The translations under genes and the position numbers were made by a program. DNA of 64,000 nucleotides from Syntrophaceae bacterium CG2_30_58_14 (lineage in GTDB: Bacteria; Desulfobacterota; Syntrophia; Syntrophales; UBA5619): assembly GCA_001873745.1 (NCBI GenBank), contig MNZQ01000116.1, positions 308-64,307 of the forward strand. Direction: 5' to 3'. The notes under the pieces are model-generated. The model ran no database searches and was not told the DNA's origin. It saw only the letters and a program-made list of their open reading frames with translations. Positions 42,512-52,226 of this stretch are shown here, piece by piece (positions within the stretch are counted from its first letter, which is position 1; the number at the start of each line of letters is the position of its first letter).

Positions 42512-44788
42512 ATGAATGAGAAATCGCCTTCCCAGAAACGGGCTGCGGAAATCGCCGGGCTGACCTGCCTTGCCGTCGCCCTGTTTCTGCTGTTAGCCCT
42601 TTTTTCCTATCACCCGCTCGATCCCTCCTTTACCCATTACGTGCCGGGGGACGCGCCGCTCCAAAACTGGACCGGCGCGGCGGGATCCTACACCGCGGAC
42701 ACCCTGCTCCGTCTGCTGGGGATCGGCATTGTTGGGCTGCCGGTCCTGCTCTTGATCGCCGCCCTCCGGTATTTCCGCGACCCCCAATTTTGCGTCGGCG
42801 CCGCCGCGGCGGCGGGGACGGCCGGCCTGGTCTTTGCCGCCTCCGGGATGATTGCGCTCTTGATCGGAGATATCGAGATCTACGGCATTCCGCTCCATGC
42901 GGGCGGGCTCTTAGGAACGTTCACGGCGAAGGTTCTTAACGCCTACCTGCGTCTGGCCGGGTCCCTGATCGTGCTCGGCCTGATTTTGATTGTCGCGCTG
43001 ATGATCCTGTTCGATTTCTCCATTGTCTCCTTTGCCGAAAGATCGGCCGCCGCCGCCACCGCAACCGCGCGAACGGCAGGATCCTTGCTCGACCGCTTCC
43101 GGGAGAGGTTCGGAAGGAAACGCGAAGCCCCCGCCGCCGGCAGACCTGCGGCGGCGACCGCCCCGATCATCGAGGAGACGAAGCGGGAAACCGTCATGGA
43201 AAAGTTGGCAAAGGCGGAGCAGACCCATTTCGATTTTGCAAGCCGGTTGAGCGGCAAGTTCAAGCTGCCGCCGCTGACCATCCTTGACCATGTAGAGAGG
43301 AAGGATACGCGAATCAAAAGGGAAACCTTGATCGCCAACTCCCGCATCCTCGAGAAAAAGCTCTCCGACTTCGGCGTCGAGGGGAAGGTGGTGGAGGTAA
43401 AACCCGGCCCGGTGATCACCATGTATGAGCTCGAGCCCGCCCCGGGCGTCAAGATCAACAAGATCACGAATCTCTCCGATGACTTGGCGCTGGCGCTGCG
43501 CGCCCCGAGCATCCGGATCATCGCCCCCATCCCGGGCAGAGGGGCGATCGGCATCGAAATCCCGAACCAGGAACGGGATCCGGTCAGTCTGCGGGACGTT
43601 CTCGACCATGCCGCCTTCCGGGAATCGTCCTATCGCCTCCCGATCGCCCTCGGCGAAGACATCGTGGGCGCCCCCGTGATCACCGATCTGATCCGCATGC
43701 CCCACCTGCTGATCGCCGGGACGACCGGCTCCGGCAAGAGCGTCTCGCTGAACGCGATGATCTGCAGCATCCTCTTCAAGGCGCCGCCGGACGATGTCAA
43801 ATTCATCATGATCGACCCCAAGCGGCTGGAACTGTCGGGCTATGAAGGGATACCCCACCTCCTCCACCCGGTTGTCGTCGATCCGAAGAAGGCCTCCCTT
43901 GTCCTCCGCTGGGCCGTCGAGGAGATGGAGCGCCGCTACCGGATCATCAGTGAAATGGGGGTGAAGAGCATCGAGGCGTACAACCAGTTGCGCGCCGGAA
44001 AGGCGCCCGCGCCGGCCCCCCTGCCGCCCCCCGAAACCGGAGAAGAGGCGGAAGAAACGATCGCGGCGGTTCCGGGTGGAAGCCCGGTGAGAAAGGCGGC
44101 GGAAAAGGCATTCCGCAAGAACGAACCGCTTCCCGATCGACTCCCCTACATCGTCATTATCATTGACGAACTCGCGGATCTGATGATGGTCGCCCAGCGG
44201 AATGTGGAGGAATCGCTGACCCGCCTCGCCCAGATGGCCCGAGCCGCCGGGATCCACCTGATCCTGGCGACCCAGCGCCCATCCGTAGATGTCATCACGG
44301 GGATCATCAAGGCAAACTTTCCCACCCGGATCTCGTTCAAGGTCTCCTCCAAGGTGGACTCGCGGACCATCCTCGACCAGCTCGGCGCGGACAAGCTCCT
44401 CGGCGCCGGGGACATGCTCTTCGTCCCCCCCGGCAGCTCCCGGCTGACACGGATCCACGGCGCGTACGTCTCGGATCAGGAGATCGAACGGATCGTCGAT
44501 TTCGTGAAAAAGCAGGGAAAACCCGCCTACGATGAGTCGATCACGGAATTCGAACCCGCGGCCAGCGAGGGGGAGAAACCGGACCGGGATTTTGACGAGA
44601 AATACGACGAGGCGGTCGAGCTCGTGACCGATCTGGGACAGGCGTCGATTTCGCTCGTGCAGCGGTACATGAAGATCGGCTACAACCGGGCGGCCCGGAT
44701 CATCGAACGGATGGAGGCGGAGGGCGTTGTCGGCCCCGCGGACGGCGCCAAGCCGCGGAAGGTTCTTGCGCGGAAGATCCCGCATTGA
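42512..44788 (+). CDS. ftsK: DNA translocase FtsK
   Basis: 758 aa; N-terminal TM domain, Pro/Ala linker, motor domain with Walker A AGTTGSGKS, and a gamma domain (LVQRYMKIGYNRAARIIERME). Confidence 0.95.
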   Translation: MNEKSPSQKRAAEIAGLTCLAVALFLLLALFSYHPLDPSFTHYVPGDAPLQNWTGAAGSYTADTLLRLLGIGIVGLPVLLLIAALRYFRDPQFCVGAAAAAGTAGLVFAASGMIALLIGDIEIYGIPLHAGGLLGTFTAKVLNAYLRLAGSLIVLGLILIVALMILFDFSIVSFAERSAAAATATARTAGSLLDRFRERFGRKREAPAAGRPAAATAPIIEETKRETVMEKLAKAEQTHFDFASRLSGKFKLPPLTILDHVERKDTRIKRETLIANSRILEKKLSDFGVEGKVVEVKPGPVITMYELEPAPGVKINKITNLSDDLALALRAPSIRIIAPIPGRGAIGIEIPNQERDPVSLRDVLDHAAFRESSYRLPIALGEDIVGAPVITDLIRMPHLLIAGTTGSGKSVSLNAMICSILFKAPPDDVKFIMIDPKRLELSGYEGIPHLLHPVVVDPKKASLVLRWAVEEMERRYRIISEMGVKSIEAYNQLRAGKAPAPAPLPPPETGEEAEETIAAVPGGSPVRKAAEKAFRKNEPLPDRLPYIVIIIDELADLMMVAQRNVEESLTRLAQMARAAGIHLILATQRPSVDVITGIIKANFPTRISFKVSSKVDSRTILDQLGADKLLGAGDMLFVPPGSSRLTRIHGAYVSDQEIERIVDFVKKQGKPAYDESITEFEPAASEGEKPDRDFDEKYDEAVELVTDLGQASISLVQRYMKIGYNRAARIIERMEAEGVVGPADGAKPRKVLARKIPH

Positions 44789-44822
44789 TAAAAAAGCCTC
44801 GTCCGGGCACGGCCCGGGCTTC

Positions 44823-46199
44823 ATGGGCAGAAAGAATATCCCCCACATGGTTGCAAAAAAGATCCACATCGTCAGCCTCGGCTGTCCCAAAAATCAGGTC
44901 GATTCCGAGGTCATGGGGGCCATCCTTGCCGAATCGGGCTATCTGCTGACGGACCGGCCGGAGGAGGCCGCCGTTATCCTGATCAACACCTGCGCCTTTA
45001 TCCTCCCCGCCCGGGAGGAGGCGATCGCGGAGATCCTCCAGGCTGCCGCCTGGAAGACGGGGAGAAAGGGCCCCTGCTCGCACCTGGTCGTCACCGGCTG
45101 TCTTCCGCAACGCTACGGGAGGGAGCTGGAAGAGGCGCTGCCGGAGGTCGATCTCTTCCTCGGCACGGCCGAGACGCCCCATATCGGCCGGCATCTGGAC
45201 CGACTGCTGACCCTCCCCAAAAACGACCGTCGGCGACGCTCCGTCATCGGCCGGCCGACCTTCCTGATGAACGCCGGCCACCGACGGCTGATCTCATCCA
45301 CGGCTCACAGCGCCTACATCAAGATCGCCGACGGCTGCTCCAACCACTGCTCCTACTGCGTGATCCCCTCCATCCGCGGCAAGGCCCGGAGCCGGACCAT
45401 CGACGACATCCTCCGCGAGGCGGAAGATCTGGCCGCAAGGGGGGTCCGCGAACTGATCGTCACCGCCCAGGATACGACGGCCTACGGCCTCGACCGGAAA
45501 GGCAAACCGACCCTGAGCCGGTTGCTCCGGGAGCTGGCCAAAGTCGACGGGCTTTTTTGGATCCGCCTCCTCTATACCTACCCCGCCCGGCTGACGGAGG
45601 AGCTCCTCCGGACGATTGCCGAGGAAGAGAAGCTCTGCCGCTACATAGATATCCCCATCCAGCACAGCGATGATGCGATCCTCACCGCGATGCACCGGCG
45701 GGGGGACAACGCGCTGATTTGCAAGATCATCGCGCACGCCCGTGAGGTCATTCCCGATGTCGCCCTGCGGACCTCGCTGATCGTCGGCTTTCCGGGGGAG
45801 ACCCCCCGCCGGTTCGAGAAGCTCCTCGCTTTCGTCCGGGAGACCCGCTTTGACCATCTTGGGGTCTTTCCCTACTCCCGGGAGGAGGGGACAGAGGCCG
45901 CCACCCGGCCTTCGCGGATCTCCGAAAGGGAAAAAGAACGGCGCCGCGGCCTCGTGATGGAGGAGCAGGCGTTGATCTCCCGGGAGATCAACAGCGCCCT
46001 GATCGGCACGCGACAGGAAATTCTCGTCGAAGGGCCGGGCGAACTGGACGGGTTCACCCGCATTGGAAGGTGTCGCCGCCAGGCCCCCGAAATCGACGGG
46101 GCGACCCATCTTCGGGGAGGGGATCCGGAGGTGGGCCAGATCGTCGCCTGCCGGATTACCGCCGCCGACGATTATGACCTGTTTGCCGAAGTCATCTGA
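44823..46199 (+). CDS. rimO: Ribosomal protein S12 methylthiotransferase RimO
   Basis: KIHIVSLGCPKNQVDSEVM..., radical-SAM CSNHCSYC, and a TRAM domain at the C-terminus. Start at ATG 44823 or 44847; the ORF-track start at 44727 overlaps ftsK. Confidence 0.9.
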   Translation: MGRKNIPHMVAKKIHIVSLGCPKNQVDSEVMGAILAESGYLLTDRPEEAAVILINTCAFILPAREEAIAEILQAAAWKTGRKGPCSHLVVTGCLPQRYGRELEEALPEVDLFLGTAETPHIGRHLDRLLTLPKNDRRRRSVIGRPTFLMNAGHRRLISSTAHSAYIKIADGCSNHCSYCVIPSIRGKARSRTIDDILREAEDLAARGVRELIVTAQDTTAYGLDRKGKPTLSRLLRELAKVDGLFWIRLLYTYPARLTEELLRTIAEEEKLCRYIDIPIQHSDDAILTAMHRRGDNALICKIIAHAREVIPDVALRTSLIVGFPGETPRRFEKLLAFVRETRFDHLGVFPYSREEGTEAATRPSRISEREKERRRGLVMEEQALISREINSALIGTRQEILVEGPGELDGFTRIGRCRRQAPEIDGATHLRGGDPEVGQIVACRITAADDYDLFAEVI

Positions 46200-46320
46200 T
46201 CCGTACTGTTTTCGCGCTATCCGTCGCCTCTCCCGCCCTTCCAACCGGAGCTGCCGTCTTTGTAGAAACGCCATCCCGCCTCGTCTTATCAATAACCGGT
46301 TGTTATCTATTATATGATTA

Positions 46321-46346
46321 TTATTCGTTTGACTTATTCGTTTGAC
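46321..46346 (+). repeat. 13-nt exact tandem direct repeat TTATTCGTTTGAC x2 (plus a partial third, TTATATTAC) upstream of phnW
   Basis: Read directly in the AT-rich 246-nt spacer between rimO and phnW. Confidence 0.85.
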
Positions 46347-46396
46347 TTATATTACGGAAGGTATAGATAGGATTCCATGATCACTATGGGAATGAT

Positions 46397-46418
46397 TTCA
46401 TTGGATCTTTCCAATGAA
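46397..46418 (+). promoter_or_regulatory. Inverted repeat TTCATTGG-N6-CCAATGAA in the phnW 5' region (operator or RNA hairpin)
   Basis: Perfect 8-bp arms, 27 nt upstream of the phnW ATG. Confidence 0.4.
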
Positions 46419-46444
46419 TCCATTGATAAGACAAGGAGGTTGAT

Positions 46445-47563
46445 ATGGAGATAAAAAATTTGCCGGACAATCCCTATCTGTTGCTGACGCCGGGCCCTCT
46501 ATCGACAACCAAGACCGTGAAGGCCGCGATGCTCCGGGACTGGTGCACCTGGGATGACGATTACAAAACGATCGTCCAGGAGGTGCGGGACAAGCTGGTA
46601 CAACTCGCGACGAACAAGACGGACCGATACACCTCTGTCCTCATGCAGGGCAGCGGCACCTTTTCGGTGGAAGCGACCATCAGCACGGCCGTTCCCGAAA
46701 ACGGCAAGCTGCTGGTCCTTCCCAACGGCGCCTACGGGGACCGGATCGTGCAGATCGCAAAGACCCTGAAGATACCGGTGGTCGAAAACGACAGCGGGGA
46801 ACTGGATCCGCCCGATCTGGAAAAGTTAGAGACAACGCTGAAGGCGGACCGCGCGATCACCCATGTCGCCGTCGTTCATTCCGAAACGACCACCGGCATG
46901 CTGAACCCCATCGCCGAGATCGGGAAGATCGTGAAGAGACACGGCAAGATCTTCATCGTGGATGCGATGAGCAGCTTCGGCGGCATCCCGATGGACATCG
47001 AGGCGCTCGACATCGACTTCATCGTCAGCAGCGCGAACAAGTGCATCCAGGGGGTCCCCGGGTTCGGTTTCATCATCGCCGACCGGAAGCGGCTGATGAC
47101 CTGCAAGGGCCGGGCGCGCTCGCTCTCCCTGGATCTCTACGATCAGTGGAACACGATGGAAAACGACAAGGGGAAGTGGCGCTACACCTCGCCGACCCAC
47201 GTCGTCCGGGCCTTTGATCAGGCGCTGAAGGAACTGGACGAGGAAGGCGGCGTCGCGAAGCGGGCGGAGCGTTACCGGGCCAACCACCGGACCCTGGTGG
47301 ACGGCATGCGAGGGCTCGGCTTCCGCACCCTCCTCCCGGACGCCTTCCAGGGACACTTCATCACCTCCTTCTACAGTCCGGAAAGCGAGCAGTATGACTT
47401 CCGAACGTTCTACAACAAACTGAAGACCCGGGGATTCGTGATCTATCCGGGCAAGGTTTCCAAGGCCAGCGCATTTAGAATCGGCAACATCGGCGACGTT
47501 TACCCGACCGACATGGAGAGGCTGGTCAAAACTATTGCAGCATCGATGTTCTGGCAAGGGTAA
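46445..47563 (+). CDS. phnW: 2-aminoethylphosphonate:pyruvate aminotransferase
   Basis: [29 protein letters not shown]...[13 protein letters not shown]...[15 protein letters not shown]...RYTSPTHVV closely tracks enterobacterial PhnW along its whole length (from memory). Confidence 0.88.
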   Translation: MEIKNLPDNPYLLLTPGPLSTTKTVKAAMLRDWCTWDDDYKTIVQEVRDKLVQLATNKTDRYTSVLMQGSGTFSVEATISTAVPENGKLLVLPNGAYGDRIVQIAKTLKIPVVENDSGELDPPDLEKLETTLKADRAITHVAVVHSETTTGMLNPIAEIGKIVKRHGKIFIVDAMSSFGGIPMDIEALDIDFIVSSANKCIQGVPGFGFIIADRKRLMTCKGRARSLSLDLYDQWNTMENDKGKWRYTSPTHVVRAFDQALKELDEEGGVAKRAERYRANHRTLVDGMRGLGFRTLLPDAFQGHFITSFYSPESEQYDFRTFYNKLKTRGFVIYPGKVSKASAFRIGNIGDVYPTDMERLVKTIAASMFWQG

Positions 47564-47617
47564 AACGGTTATCAAAAAAATTTCTGAACAGATCCTGTCA
47601 CATTACGGGAGGATGAG

Positions 47618-48730
47618 ATGATTGCGGGAATTTTGAAAGAGATCAAGATTGAGGAAAACCGCGTCTCCATGACGCCGGCCGGCGTCGAGATCCTGAAGGG
47701 GCATGGCCACACGCTCCTCGTTGAAAAGGGCGCGGGTTCGGGCAGCGGTTTCGAGGACAGGGCCTACGTCGCCGCCGGCGCCGAGATCGTCAAGACCGCA
47801 AAGGAGATCTACGGCCGTTCCGACATGGTCATGCATGTGAAAGAACCGATGCCTTCCGAGTACGAATGGATCCGCAAGAATCAGATCGTCTTCACCTATT
47901 TCCATCTGGCCGCGAATGAGGCGCTGACGAGGGCGATGATCGAAACCCAATCCATCGCTATCGCCTACGAGACGATCCAGAAGGCGGACGGATCGCTCCC
48001 CCTGCTCATCCCGATGAGCGAGGTCGCGGGCCGGATGGCAATCCAGGAGGCCGCCAAGTACCTCGAGATGGAATACGGCGGGGAGGGCGTTCTTCTCGGC
48101 GGCGTCCCGGGCGTCGAACCGGCGACGGTCCTGGTGATCGGCGCCGGAACCGTCGGCACGCACGCCGCAAAGATGGCCTGCGGCCTGGGCGCCAGGGTCT
48201 ATGTCATCGACTCCTGTTTGTCGCGACTCCGCTATCTCTCCGACGTCATGCCGAAGAACTGCTTCCTCCTGATCTCCTCTCCGGAGACCATCCGCAGGCT
48301 GATCCGGGAGGCGGACGCGGTGATCGGCTCCGTCCTGATCCCCGGCGCCAAGGCGCCGAAACTCGTCACGCGCGACATGCTGAAACTCATGAAAAAAGGA
48401 TCGGTCCTGGTGGACGTGGCTATCGACCAAGGCGGCTGTTTTGAAACCTCCAGGGCGACGACGCACAAAGCGCCGATCTACACGATCGACGGGATCATCC
48501 ATTACTGTGTGGCAAACATGCCAGGCGCCGTCGCGAAAACCTCCACGCTGGCCCTGACGAACGCCACCCTCCCCTATGCGGTCGAGATCGCAAACAAGGG
48601 CTGGAAGAGGGCAATGAAGGAAAACCCGGAGATCAAAAAGGGCGCCAATGTGATCCAGGGTCAGGTCACCTTCCAGGGCGTGGCCGACGCCTTCGGTCTG
48701 AAATTCGCCGATATCGAAAAGTTTCTGTAG
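47618..48730 (+). CDS. ald: Alanine dehydrogenase
   Basis: MIAGILKEIKIEENRVSMTPAGVEILKGHGHTLLVEKGAGSGSGF...VIGAGTVGTHAA (NAD fold). Confidence 0.93.
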   Translation: MIAGILKEIKIEENRVSMTPAGVEILKGHGHTLLVEKGAGSGSGFEDRAYVAAGAEIVKTAKEIYGRSDMVMHVKEPMPSEYEWIRKNQIVFTYFHLAANEALTRAMIETQSIAIAYETIQKADGSLPLLIPMSEVAGRMAIQEAAKYLEMEYGGEGVLLGGVPGVEPATVLVIGAGTVGTHAAKMACGLGARVYVIDSCLSRLRYLSDVMPKNCFLLISSPETIRRLIREADAVIGSVLIPGAKAPKLVTRDMLKLMKKGSVLVDVAIDQGGCFETSRATTHKAPIYTIDGIIHYCVANMPGAVAKTSTLALTNATLPYAVEIANKGWKRAMKENPEIKKGANVIQGQVTFQGVADAFGLKFADIEKFL

Positions 48731-48752
48731 TTTCAATCAGATGAAACCCTGC

Positions 48753-48792
48753 GGACCGGTTCCGGGACTCTTGGGGAACCGGTCCTTTTTTT
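48753..48792 (+). terminator. Rho-independent terminator after ald
   Basis: GGACCGGTTCC-N11-GGAACCGGTCC perfect 11-bp stem, followed by TTTTTTT. Confidence 0.88.
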
Positions 48793-48807
48793 GGAACAAA
48801 AATCCCG

Positions 48808-49773
48808 TCACAATCCATAAACCCTTTTGAGATGCTCCCTGATCTGTTGCAGGTGCTTTTGCTGCTCCCGATACAGACGGTGTGCGTCCTCCAGGGTCAC
48901 CCGTTCGAACAGAACGATATTCCCGGGCATGGCCTGGGCCACGTTGGGGAGATCCGCTGTAATCACGGTCGCGATTTTTGCGTACCCCCCCGAGGTCTGC
49001 TCGACGAGGAGAATGATGGGCTGCCCGTCGGCGGGGACCTGAACGTTTCCGGGCATCGTGGGCTCCGTCACGATACTCTCGGGTGATTCCCCATCGCGAT
49101 GGACGGCGGGGCCCCGGAGCCGGCAGCCCATTCGGTCGGCCTGCTGGGTCACTTCATAGGAGGCGCCGAAAAAGGCGTCGATGCCTTCCCGGAAGGCGTC
49201 GTCCTGTGGACCGGGGACGGCCCTGAGCGCGATCTCTCGTGCATATCGTGGAATCCATTCGTCGGGGAGCTCACGGGGGCGAGTCAGGAGACTGCCCGCT
49301 CTCCGGTGCAGGATGTCGCCTTTGATCAATCCGCGTCCCTGAACACCGCCGATTTTCGCCCGCACGAAGGTGGAGCGGCTCCCCATCATCAGGGGAACAT
49401 CGATGCCTCCCGTGACGGCCAGGTAGGCCCGGCAGCCGGATGCCGCCCGGGGAATCCGGATGACTTCGCCGGGGTTCGCTCTAACCGTCCGCCATGCCCG
49501 GATGGGGGCCTGGTTGATGGTCATCCCCATGTCGGCGCCGGTCAATGCGATGTCGGCCGGTGTGAGAACCTCGATGGTGGGACCCATCACGGTGATCTCC
49601 AGGACGGCGGCATCTTCGGGATTTCCCACGAGCAGATTCGCAACCCGGCAGGCAAAGGGATCGAGGGCCCCGGAGAGGGGAACGCCCCGGTCCAGGAAGG
49701 CCAGACGCCCGAGATCCTGTACGGTGGTCATGGGACCGGGGTTCCGGACGGCGAAGAGTTCCATCAGGACCAC
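48808..49773 (-). CDS. pxpC: 5-oxoprolinase subunit C (PxpC; KipA / allophanate hydrolase subunit-2 family)
   Basis: 321 aa; GPMTTVQDLGRLAFLDRGVPLSGALD...GGYAKIATV; overlaps pxpB by 10 nt. Confidence 0.85.
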   Translation of the reverse strand: MVLMELFAVRNPGPMTTVQDLGRLAFLDRGVPLSGALDPFACRVANLLVGNPEDAAVLEITVMGPTIEVLTPADIALTGADMGMTINQAPIRAWRTVRANPGEVIRIPRAASGCRAYLAVTGGIDVPLMMGSRSTFVRAKIGGVQGRGLIKGDILHRRAGSLLTRPRELPDEWIPRYAREIALRAVPGPQDDAFREGIDAFFGASYEVTQQADRMGCRLRGPAVHRDGESPESIVTEPTMPGNVQVPADGQPIILLVEQTSGGYAKIATVITADLPNVAQAMPGNIVLFERVTLEDAHRLYREQQKHLQQIREHLKRVYGL

Positions 49774-50471
49774 TCCTTTTCGCGCAATCGACGGAATTCG
49801 GCCTCGGCGATGGGTACGAACCGGATACGGTCTCCCGCCTCGTACAGAAAGGGGTTTTCCCGCGCGGGGGCGAAGAGTCGCAGCGGCGTCCGCCCGATGA
49901 TCTGCCAGCCGCCGGGACTGTCGACGGGATACATGCCCGTCTGGGATTCCGCGACTCCCACGGAGCCCGCCGGGAGGTTCGTCCGCGGCGTTTTTCTGCG
50001 CGGCATCTGCAACCGGCGATCCAGTCCGCCCAGGTAGCAGAATCCCGGCGTGAAGCCGATCATGTAGATGGGATAATCAACGGCGATATGGATGACGACG
50101 ATCTCATCCTCCCGCAGGCCGGTGTGTTCCGCCACGACGCCGATGTCGGGACCGAACTCGCCGCCGTAGCAGACCGGGATCGGAACGACTTTCGCCTTTG
50201 CAATCTCCGCCGCACGGGAATCCGCTTCCAGGGCATGGAGGATCTCCGCCAGCCTTCCGGGTGTCGTCGCCAGGGGATCATAGATAATGGAGAGGGAGCG
50301 GTAGGCCGGGACAACCGCCTCGACGCCGGCCGGAAGGTTTCTCTTCAGGAGCGTCGTCATGGCCCGCACCTTTTCGTTGATGACGGGGTCGATTCCGTCG
50401 CCGTATTCCACCAGGAGCGCGCGGTCGCCGCTCAACCGGAATCGGGCCTGTTTGTAAAGTATCGCTGCCAT
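49764..50471 (-). CDS. pxpB: 5-oxoprolinase subunit B (PxpB; KipI / allophanate hydrolase subunit-1 family)
   Basis: 235 aa; GDRALLVEYGDGIDPVINEKV...YMIGFTPGFCYLGGLD...GGWQIIGRTP. Confidence 0.85.
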   Translation of the reverse strand: MAAILYKQARFRLSGDRALLVEYGDGIDPVINEKVRAMTTLLKRNLPAGVEAVVPAYRSLSIIYDPLATTPGRLAEILHALEADSRAAEIAKAKVVPIPVCYGGEFGPDIGVVAEHTGLREDEIVVIHIAVDYPIYMIGFTPGFCYLGGLDRRLQMPRRKTPRTNLPAGSVGVAESQTGMYPVDSPGGWQIIGRTPLRLFAPARENPFLYEAGDRIRFVPIAEAEFRRLREKEWS

Positions 50472-50501
50472 GGCTTGGGAAATACCGTTATGGAGGGGAT
50501 G

Positions 50502-51278
50502 TCAAGCCGATGCGCCCAGCGGGACGATGCGAAACCCCTCGGCCTCCAGCGCCTGCCGGATCGTCCTCACATGGTCAACGGCCGACGGATTGTCGCCGTG
50601 CACGCAGAGCGTATGCACCTCCATCTCCAGGCGCGTGCCGTCCGTGGCGATCACCCTGCCCTCTTTGGCCATCCGGAGTGCCTGCTCGGCGGCCCGCTTC
50701 GGGTCCGTGATCACGGCCCCGGGAAGTTTCCGTGGCGCCAGCTTTCCATCGGGCGTATAGGTCCGGTCGGGGAAGGCTTCGAAGACGACACGGATCCCCG
50801 CCGCGTCGGCGATCTTCTGCGCAAGGCCGGCCTGAGCCCCGCCGAGCGTCACCCAGAGGAGTCCCGGATCGACGGCAGCAATGGCCTCGGCCACGGCCCT
50901 GGACAAGGGCTCATTTCCCACGCACATGTTGTACAGGCTGCCGTGGGGCTTCACATGCTGCAGCTTCACGCCGTGGAGGGCGCAGAAGCCGCGCAGGGCC
51001 GCGATCTGGTAGATCACATCATCGCGCACCTCGTCCGGAGTGCAGTCCATGTTCCGCCGCCCGAATCCCGCGAGGTCGGGGTATCCCGGATGGGCCCCAA
51101 CGCCTACGCCGTTTTCTTTGGCAAGCTTCACCGTCCGGTTCATGACCCGGGGATCGCCGGCGTGGAACCCGCAGGCGATGTTGGCCGAGCTGATGTACCG
51201 GATCACCTCGCCGTCCATGCCGATCGTGTAGGCGCCGAAGCCCTCCCCCATGTCGCAGTTGATGTCGATCCTATTCAT
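50502..51278 (-). CDS. pxpA: 5-oxoprolinase subunit A (PxpA; LamB/YcsF family)
   Basis: MNRIDINCDMGEGFGAYTIGMD...SSANIACGFHAGDP...VKPHGSLYN, from ATG 51278-51276. Confidence 0.88.
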   Translation of the reverse strand: MNRIDINCDMGEGFGAYTIGMDGEVIRYISSANIACGFHAGDPRVMNRTVKLAKENGVGVGAHPGYPDLAGFGRRNMDCTPDEVRDDVIYQIAALRGFCALHGVKLQHVKPHGSLYNMCVGNEPLSRAVAEAIAAVDPGLLWVTLGGAQAGLAQKIADAAGIRVVFEAFPDRTYTPDGKLAPRKLPGAVITDPKRAAEQALRMAKEGRVIATDGTRLEMEVHTLCVHGDNPSAVDHVRTIRQALEAEGFRIVPLGASA

Positions 51279-51521
51279 CGGTTCATCTCCTCGTACGGTA
51301 TGTCGAATCATTATGCCATTATTTAGCGATCATCCTGCTCGGAAGGAATCACTGGGCGCTGGAGAGAGAGGAATCAGCCTGGCCCAACTTTTCCTGAAAG
51401 CCTTTTCGTTTCCCTGAGGTTCGAGGAGGAGCGCAGCGTATGAGTGAAAGCGAGATTTCTTGTAAAATAAGTTTGGGCAACAGGCCCCTGACCCTTGATT
51501 TTTGAACCCTTTCCTTGAATG

Positions 51522-52226
51522 TTAAAGTCCCAGGAAGGCCTTTTTGATGTCTTCTGCATTGAGGAGTTCTTTGCCTGTCCCTTCCTGGATTGTCCTGCCC
51601 GTCTGAAGAACATATCCGCGGTCGCATATGTCAAGGGATTCAAAGACATTCTGTTCCACAAGGAGTATAGTTTTCCCGATTGTCCTCAGCTTTGCAACGG
51701 CTTCGAACATTTCATCTACCAGTTTCGGCATGAGCCCCAGAGAAGGTTCGTCAAGCATGAGAAGTTTCGGGTTTGACATGAGACCCCTCCCGATGGCAAG
51801 CATCTGCTGCTCGCCGCCGCTTAAGGTGCCACTCAACTGTGAGCGTCTCTCTTTCAACCGTGGAAAGAGGCTGTATATGAAATCGAGATTTTTCTTTGTT
51901 TCTTCGGAATTATTTAAAATGTATGCACCAAGCTCAAGATTTTCTTCCACCGTGAGAGGCCCGAATATGAGACGCGCTTCAGGGATATAGGTAATGCCAA
52001 GCTTGACAATGTCCGGTGTTGACAGTTTGTGTATATCTTTGCCATCGAACTGTATTGACCCTTTTGTCGGATGAAGGGCCCCTGCGATGGTTTTGAGGAG
52101 AGTCGATTTCCCGGCGCCGTTTGAACCTACCACCGTAACAAGCTCACCCTGCCCGACGTGGAGTGAAACGTTGTGGACAACAGGTATGCCGCTGTAGCGG
52201 ACTTCGATCTCAGTGACTCTTAGCAT
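51522..52226 (-). CDS. livF: Branched-chain-amino-acid-type ABC transporter ATP-binding protein (LivF-like)
   Basis: GSNGAGKSTLLKTIAG, LSGGEQQMLAIGRGL; 234 aa. Confidence 0.88.
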   Translation of the reverse strand: MLRVTEIEVRYSGIPVVHNVSLHVGQGELVTVVGSNGAGKSTLLKTIAGALHPTKGSIQFDGKDIHKLSTPDIVKLGITYIPEARLIFGPLTVEENLELGAYILNNSEETKKNLDFIYSLFPRLKERRSQLSGTLSGGEQQMLAIGRGLMSNPKLLMLDEPSLGLMPKLVDEMFEAVAKLRTIGKTILLVEQNVFESLDICDRGYVLQTGRTIQEGTGKELLNAEDIKKAFLGL

